From the sequence record MG673519.1: a stretch of 64,000 nucleotides of DNA. One strand, given 5' to 3'. The notes under the pieces are model-generated. The model was not told the DNA's origin. It saw only the letters and a program-made list of their open reading frames with translations, and did no database searches. This stretch comes from Escherichia phage LAMP. The position numbers and the translations under genes are program-made. Every line of letters starts with the position of its first letter. The stretch's first letter is position 1. Of this stretch, positions 59,207-64,000 are shown in pieces.

Positions 59207-59646
59207 TTTACCCTCGCTTCTTTGATGGGGTCAATGTATTTTTCAACTCCCCACTTGCGTTTACTGTCTGCGTAGAAAACATCAGGTGCGCACTGGCTAG
59301 TCTTAGGGAATGCTTGCGGGTCTTTCGTGCTACCTTTAAACTTCTGTTTACCACGGGTCCGACCATTACAGAAGATCTCTAGCTTCTTCTCCTCTTCTGT
59401 TTTAGCTCCACCGCTACGTAATAAAGAGCGTTTATGATCGGCTAACAATAACGCATCAGCACGATGGACACGATGGCCTAAACGTTTTGCCACACTGGAA
59501 GGAATATGAGATTCAGCCTCAGCCCTTGCAGCACGACGCTTTAAACTACGCTTGCTAACGTGATTAGTTGCCTTTGGTTTCTCTTTCTCCAATTCAGAAA
59601 TAGAAAAACAACGCCCGCCCTTCATGCTGATTTTAGATTTAGCCAC
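59203..59646 (-). CDS. basic early protein
   Basis: 147-aa Lys/Arg-rich ORF. Confidence 0.4.
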   Translation of the reverse strand: MAKSKISMKGGRCFSISELEKEKPKATNHVSKRSLKRRAARAEAESHIPSSVAKRLGHRVHRADALLLADHKRSLLRSGGAKTEEEKKLEIFCNGRTRGKQKFKGSTKDPQAFPKTSQCAPDVFYADSKRKWGVEKYIDPIKEARVK

Positions 59647-59715
59647 TATCTTATTCCTTTCAGTGATAAGTTATATCGGGCAAGCCCATCAAGGCGATAG
59701 GCTTGAACAAATAAT

Positions 59716-59925
59716 TCAATCAAGTAAACCAAATGATTTCCAACTACGCAGTAAGATCGTACCATCATCCATAGTTACGCATAATTTTAGTAGTCGCTTA
59801 CTGGTACTGCTCACCGTTGTGATTCGTCCGGTTGTGCATTTACCTTTATTGCTATAAAGATATATAACACGATGGCCTAACAAACGAGATGGCGCTTTCT
59901 TAAATTCTGAAATGTTAGTGATCAT
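59716..59925 (-). CDS. hypothetical protein
   Basis: 69-aa ORF. Confidence 0.3.
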   Translation of the reverse strand: MITNISEFKKAPSRLLGHRVIYLYSNKGKCTTGRITTVSSTSKRLLKLCVTMDDGTILLRSWKSFGLLD

Positions 59926-60143
59926 TATCCATATACCTTAACATGATTGATTCGACGTGAATGATGATAAGAAGACTCAACAGCCATTGCCTTTAATTCT
60001 TCTTTTCGTTGGTTAGTGTGTACAATATCCCAATGATTATGATCGTGTTGGCGCTGTAATATCTTACTACATTTGCGATGGTTTCCCGTGCTGCGACGTT
60101 TCTCACAAATAGGACACTTGCCAAAATTATTACTGAATATCAT
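59925..60143 (-). CDS. small Cys/His-rich protein
   Basis: CPICEK...C...HDHNH pattern. Confidence 0.3.
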   Translation of the reverse strand: MIFSNNFGKCPICEKRRSTGNHRKCSKILQRQHDHNHWDIVHTNQRKEELKAMAVESSYHHSRRINHVKVYG

Positions 60144-60367
60144 TTTCTCAATCCTAACTTTCTTAAGACACGGCCTAACGTTGTTTCTTGAGTAATAATA
60201 TATCTGACCGCTTCACGTTCCAACGTTTCAATCTTCATTGGCGACGGATACCATTCACCGGTAAGCATACACCTATACTCAACGCCATACTTTTTAGATA
60301 GGCGGTAATGTTGACCGTTGACAAGGTTCCTATAAATCGTGGTATGCGTCGTTAACATAATCGTCAC
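60140..60367 (-). CDS. hypothetical protein
   Basis: 75-aa ORF. Confidence 0.3.
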   Translation of the reverse strand: MTIMLTTHTTIYRNLVNGQHYRLSKKYGVEYRCMLTGEWYPSPMKIETLEREAVRYIITQETTLGRVLRKLGLRK

Positions 60368-60410
60368 CTTTGATTAGATTCTTTGATTAGTCCACTGAAT
60401 CAATGCACTG

Positions 60411-60446
60411 ATAAAAGAAAAGGCGCTACCCGTTAAGATAGCGCCT
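60411..60446 (-). terminator. rho-independent terminator after first early gene
   Basis: Perfect 8-bp inverted repeat aggcgcta/tagcgcct followed by TTTCTTTTAT on the minus strand. Confidence 0.7.
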
Positions 60447-60469
60447 TATGTTTATTTAGATTGTCTTAC

Positions 60470-61378
60470 TTATGCCGCCTGACGTGCCGCCATAATTTCA
60501 GCCGCTTTGCGCAATACTTCTTCCTCTTCTGCTTTCGCCGCTTGTTCGGTACGGGTAGCAACCGTTGAAGAGATACGACCGCGCAGACTTTCTAACTTCT
60601 CCTGCATAGCTGCAATAGTCTTTTCCATTTCATCAGCGTATGAATCCAGTGACTCAAGTTCCTTGCTTGATGCGTTCATCAGATAATCATCCGAGATCGC
60701 TACCGTCGAGGCCGTGACTTTCTTAATGAGTGAATCAAAGGATTTTTTAACTTTGCCGACTTCCTCGCTTAAGGCAATGGTGTTATCACTAGTAGCGCCG
60801 TTACGTTCATCGGCCAACAATTTTGCTTCAATACGGATTGCATTCAAGCGTTCAACTAAAGCGTAAATATCCTGATTAAAATCTTCCTTGTTTTTCGCCG
60901 GTATTTGAAGGTGTGCCGCTACGTTGTCATTGCAGCCTTTGAAGAAGTTAGGATTATCTACTTCAATTGCACGACCTAAAGCAAAATTCTCGAAAGCATT
61001 CGACCAGCGAGCGCGGTTTTGTTCCATTTTGGCCTTAATCTGCGCTTCTTTCGCGTCTTCTTTCGCTTTCGCCTCACCTTCCAGATTAATCCACTTTTTA
61101 CGACCGTTTGCCGCCTCGGTGTTAAACTTGATTGGAGTTAAGAAAGTAATTGCAGTGGCAATAACATCCATATCGCGGAAACGTTCAGTTAACAGAAAAT
61201 CGACCGCCGCTTGCAATACATCTAACTTCTTCCCGTTGCTACGGAAATGCTGCAAATGCCCTAAAAGGAAGTTAGAAACATCTTGTTTAATCGCCGCGTT
61301 ATTTTTGCGGATGTTGTTTGCCAGCGCGTTAAAACCGGATTCTTTTACCAGATTAAAAACTTTAGCCATGATATTCAC
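60470..61378 (-). CDS. early protein of unknown function (Ala/Lys/Glu-rich, helical)
   Basis: First sizeable ORF downstream of the sigma70-type promoter array; visibly higher GC than neighbours; isolated by its own terminator. Confidence 0.5.
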   Translation of the reverse strand: MNIMAKVFNLVKESGFNALANNIRKNNAAIKQDVSNFLLGHLQHFRSNGKKLDVLQAAVDFLLTERFRDMDVIATAITFLTPIKFNTEAANGRKKWINLEGEAKAKEDAKEAQIKAKMEQNRARWSNAFENFALGRAIEVDNPNFFKGCNDNVAAHLQIPAKNKEDFNQDIYALVERLNAIRIEAKLLADERNGATSDNTIALSEEVGKVKKSFDSLIKKVTASTVAISDDYLMNASSKELESLDSYADEMEKTIAAMQEKLESLRGRISSTVATRTEQAAKAEEEEVLRKAAEIMAARQAA

Positions 61379-62322
61379 CTTTCAATTGTAAGGGCACTAT
61401 TGCCCCGCTCGCTATGAGCTTTTTAAGTCACTATTAACTTAACTATAAACGCTCACTGTAAACGCTTATAGGTAAGCGGAGCGGTCTTATCAGGAGTTAA
61501 CCTTGCCGCTCCCTTATCCGTGGTCTTTCATCTGGTATCTTCAACTAGTCGCTATAAAGAAAGCCGACCTGATAGCGATGATCAATCACCACAATAAGGC
61601 TAGTGTGTCCGACTCTAATTAGTTACTTTTATAGTAACCGTCGGCAATATCGCTCCCGTCGCTTTCGCTCCAGCTTACTTTCATTGATCAACTCTTTTCC
61701 TCCAATATCGCCCACTACGGGAATTGGCACTTTTAATCTTGCGTGTTTAATATTTCATTTTCACAAATGTAATACTTCAAAGAAAAAGTCATATAATCAA
61801 CTATTTTCGGCTAGTTTACTACATAAACCGGCTATGTACTTTCATCTTATGACGAATATCAAGCCGTTCACGCCGTAAACGTTCACACTAAAACCTTATT
61901 GTTAAATAGCAATTTGCCACTTTTTAACCATACCCCGCCGCCCTCAATTGAGCGTTAATTCGTCGGACTTGCCTACCCTGATCAACTTCTTTCACCGTAG
62001 CGCCTTTTTAGCTAGGCCGCCGCTACCCATTAACCGTGGGCGATTAGTTTTAGCCTTGCGTGCACTCGATGGATCCATTTTATCAGTGGTGACGTTTCCA
62101 GTTAAGGGATTGTAAAGCTGTTTACCCTGATAATTTAGGGAGCTTTACGCCGTTTTATCTGGTATGTTTTCCGATGGTCATTATCGTCCAACATATTCAA
62201 CCGATATAGAAGTATGTTTAAATTATTAAAGAGCGGTAAATCTATCAGTGTGCTTTCTCACACTATGCAACTGTTAGCCGTTGTGTCGCTTTCCTTAAGC
62301 GGTGATTTGCTTAAGTGTGCTC

Positions 62323-62351
62323 ATTATGAATCATTTTGCTTCCGCCGTCAA
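62323..62351 (-). promoter_or_regulatory. sigma70-type promoter (TTGACG-N17-CATAAT)
   Basis: Read on the minus strand; lies within a repeated unit. Confidence 0.6.
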
Positions 62352-62628
62352 TCACTTTTTTAATCTTTTTTCATCGTTCCCGTTATTGGGAAGATATATC
62401 AATCAGCTATATTTGATTGAAGATTAAGCGATCAGGCTTGAACTTATGATTCATATTTTTAAAGAGCGGTGAAGCATTTACAGCTTAACACATCGTGTTA
62501 GCTTGTCAATCTCTTTTTTATCATCTTCTTTCATTCCGTTCCCTTATCTCGCGTGAATCTATGCGAAAGGGCAAGATGATAAATTTTTAAAGAGCAGGAT
62601 ATTTTGATTCATCGCTGAATATGTGCTC

Positions 62629-62657
62629 ATTATGCATCAGGCTTTTTCCGGTGTCAA
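62629..62657 (-). promoter_or_regulatory. sigma70-type promoter (TTGACA-N17-CATAAT)
   Basis: Read on the minus strand; A-tract-rich upstream region. Confidence 0.65.
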
Positions 62658-62849
62658 TACTCTTTTTAAGAATATTTTCACTTTCTAGCCTGATTTTTAA
62701 AGAGCGTTTAAAGTTGTATGGCTCCCATAACACCATTTGATAATCAGCTAACCCGCGATTATTTGGGGGCATAGTATCCGCTTGCCTACGTCTGACTTGC
62801 TTCACTCACTAGGGAGTTACTTGAGCGGTCAACTTGTCTTTCTAAGCTC

Positions 62850-62877
62850 ATTATAGGTTAGGCTTTTCAGTTGTCAA
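62850..62877 (-). promoter_or_regulatory. sigma70-type promoter (TTGACA-N16-TATAAT)
   Basis: Consensus hexamers on the minus strand with A-tract UP-like element upstream. Confidence 0.7.
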
Positions 62878-63156
62878 ATACTTTTTCAAGTATTTTTCAC
62901 TTTCTAGCCTACTTTTTAAAGAGCGGGGCAATTTCTTGCCTTGTATGTTTTACATCGTACCCGATGGAAATGAGTATACGCGAGCCTTCAGAAAGTGCAA
63001 TAGGGGAAAGCAAATTATTTTAAACTTTTTCACTATAGGGAAGATAGAAGAGCGAGCGAACGTGATACACCATAGAAAACGGCTTGTAAAGCGATAAGAA
63101 ACGGCCTAAAACGCGCTACAGCGAGCTAAAAGGGGATAAGGTATACAATCACCTTA

Positions 63157-63186
63157 GAAAAGAAAAAAGCGCCTTTATTGGCGCTT
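63157..63186 (-). terminator. rho-independent terminator
   Basis: aagcgcc-tttatt-ggcgctt hairpin followed by TTTTTTCTTTT on the minus strand. Confidence 0.65.
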
Positions 63187-63207
63187 ATAGGGATGATTTA
63201 AAGTTTT

Positions 63208-63459
63208 TCACCATTTAGGCAAATCTGCATCAAGTAGGCCAGCAAGTGACAATTCACCGTTAACATATATCGATCTAAAGTCTTCTCGATTGATATCGAT
63301 GCGCACCATTTGCAGCCATTTTTTGGCCTCGTTAAAGCTCATTGAGCAAAAAGAAACCGTGGGTAAAATGACGTCACCATTTTGCAAGCTGAACGCTATA
63401 AAAGTATCGCACACGCAGCAAGAAAGACCGTTCGACAATTTAATCACTTTGATACTCAT
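63208..63459 (-). CDS. hypothetical Cys-containing protein
   Basis: 83-aa ORF with GGGAG RBS, followed by a terminator. Confidence 0.4.
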   Translation of the reverse strand: MSIKVIKLSNGLSCCVCDTFIAFSLQNGDVILPTVSFCSMSFNEAKKWLQMVRIDINREDFRSIYVNGELSLAGLLDADLPKW

Positions 63460-64000
63460 GTTTTTACACTCCCAAAGATAGGTTATTTATTTGCTGAATT
63501 TAGCGCCATAAAACTTACTAATCTTGTTTTTCGGGCTTAACTTACTATCAGTGAATGACTCGATCACTTCACAAACGATCAGAACAAGTAAAGGAAAGAC
63601 TACAGCCAGAAACATCATTACCAGAACTATCATTTCTATTACTCCAATCACTCAATTCATAGGCTTCAATTTACTACTACTTAATAAGGAAAGCAATCAC
63701 CACGGGCAAAATACTACCCGCAGAACAGACCACGGGAAACATCGCCAGATAATGCGGTATTAATATTCCACTAAACCAGATCATCAACTCATAAAAGAAA
63801 AAGACCAACAGAACGCTGAAAAAAGAAAGGAATAAACATCAATTATTAAAAGAAATATAATCATCCACTTGATTAATGCATATATCATTATTGCACTCAT
63901 AATCATTACTATTGAAACTATTTACATTCAAACTACGGGGCGGTGCGATAGTTGCTATCCGGTATTAATAGCCTCGATATAATCAAGCATTAACAGCGCT

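Larger units (their letters stand above)
62214..62930. repeat. array of dispersed direct repeats (about 90-bp units and shorter TTTTAAAGAGCGG copies)
   Basis: TTTTAAAGAGCG(G) at about 62225, 62457, 62585, 62696, 62915; three longer units each carry GCTCATTATG and a promoter. Confidence 0.6.

Noticed and set aside
61603-61878. Plus-strand ORF of 91 aa in the early leader region
   Set aside because: Opposite to the direction of the surrounding promoters and terminators, no RBS, low-complexity translation.
62214-62930. Repeat array considered as a possible CRISPR array
   Set aside because: Units are about 90 bp, irregularly spaced, imperfect, and each contains a sigma70 promoter; no short palindromic repeat with unique spacers and no cas genes.

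Overview
The window reads as a virulent tailed-phage genome segment, not host chromosome or prophage: no integrase or att-like features were seen. Positions 1-26000 carry a plus-strand structural module: portal (5' truncated), scaffold, major capsid with a -1 frameshift extension, two paralogous tail fibers, lysozyme, Ig-domain tail proteins and internal virion proteins. Positions 26000-61400 carry minus-strand replication, nucleotide-metabolism and accessory genes, including T7-like SSB, primase-helicase, 5'-3' exonuclease and a DNA polymerase that is both split into two distant genes and interrupted by a small group I intron. Also present are an ECF-like sigma factor, a tRNA-Arg(UCU), and a repeat-rich early-promoter region at 61400-63000. 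The most unusual element is a translationally coupled operon (44400-54389) combining an AIG2/GGCT-like enzyme, an ATP-grasp ligase, a class-II glutamine amidotransferase and amidoligase-like proteins, whose product and target are unknown. All family assignments rest on motifs read by eye from the ORF translations; no database search was run.
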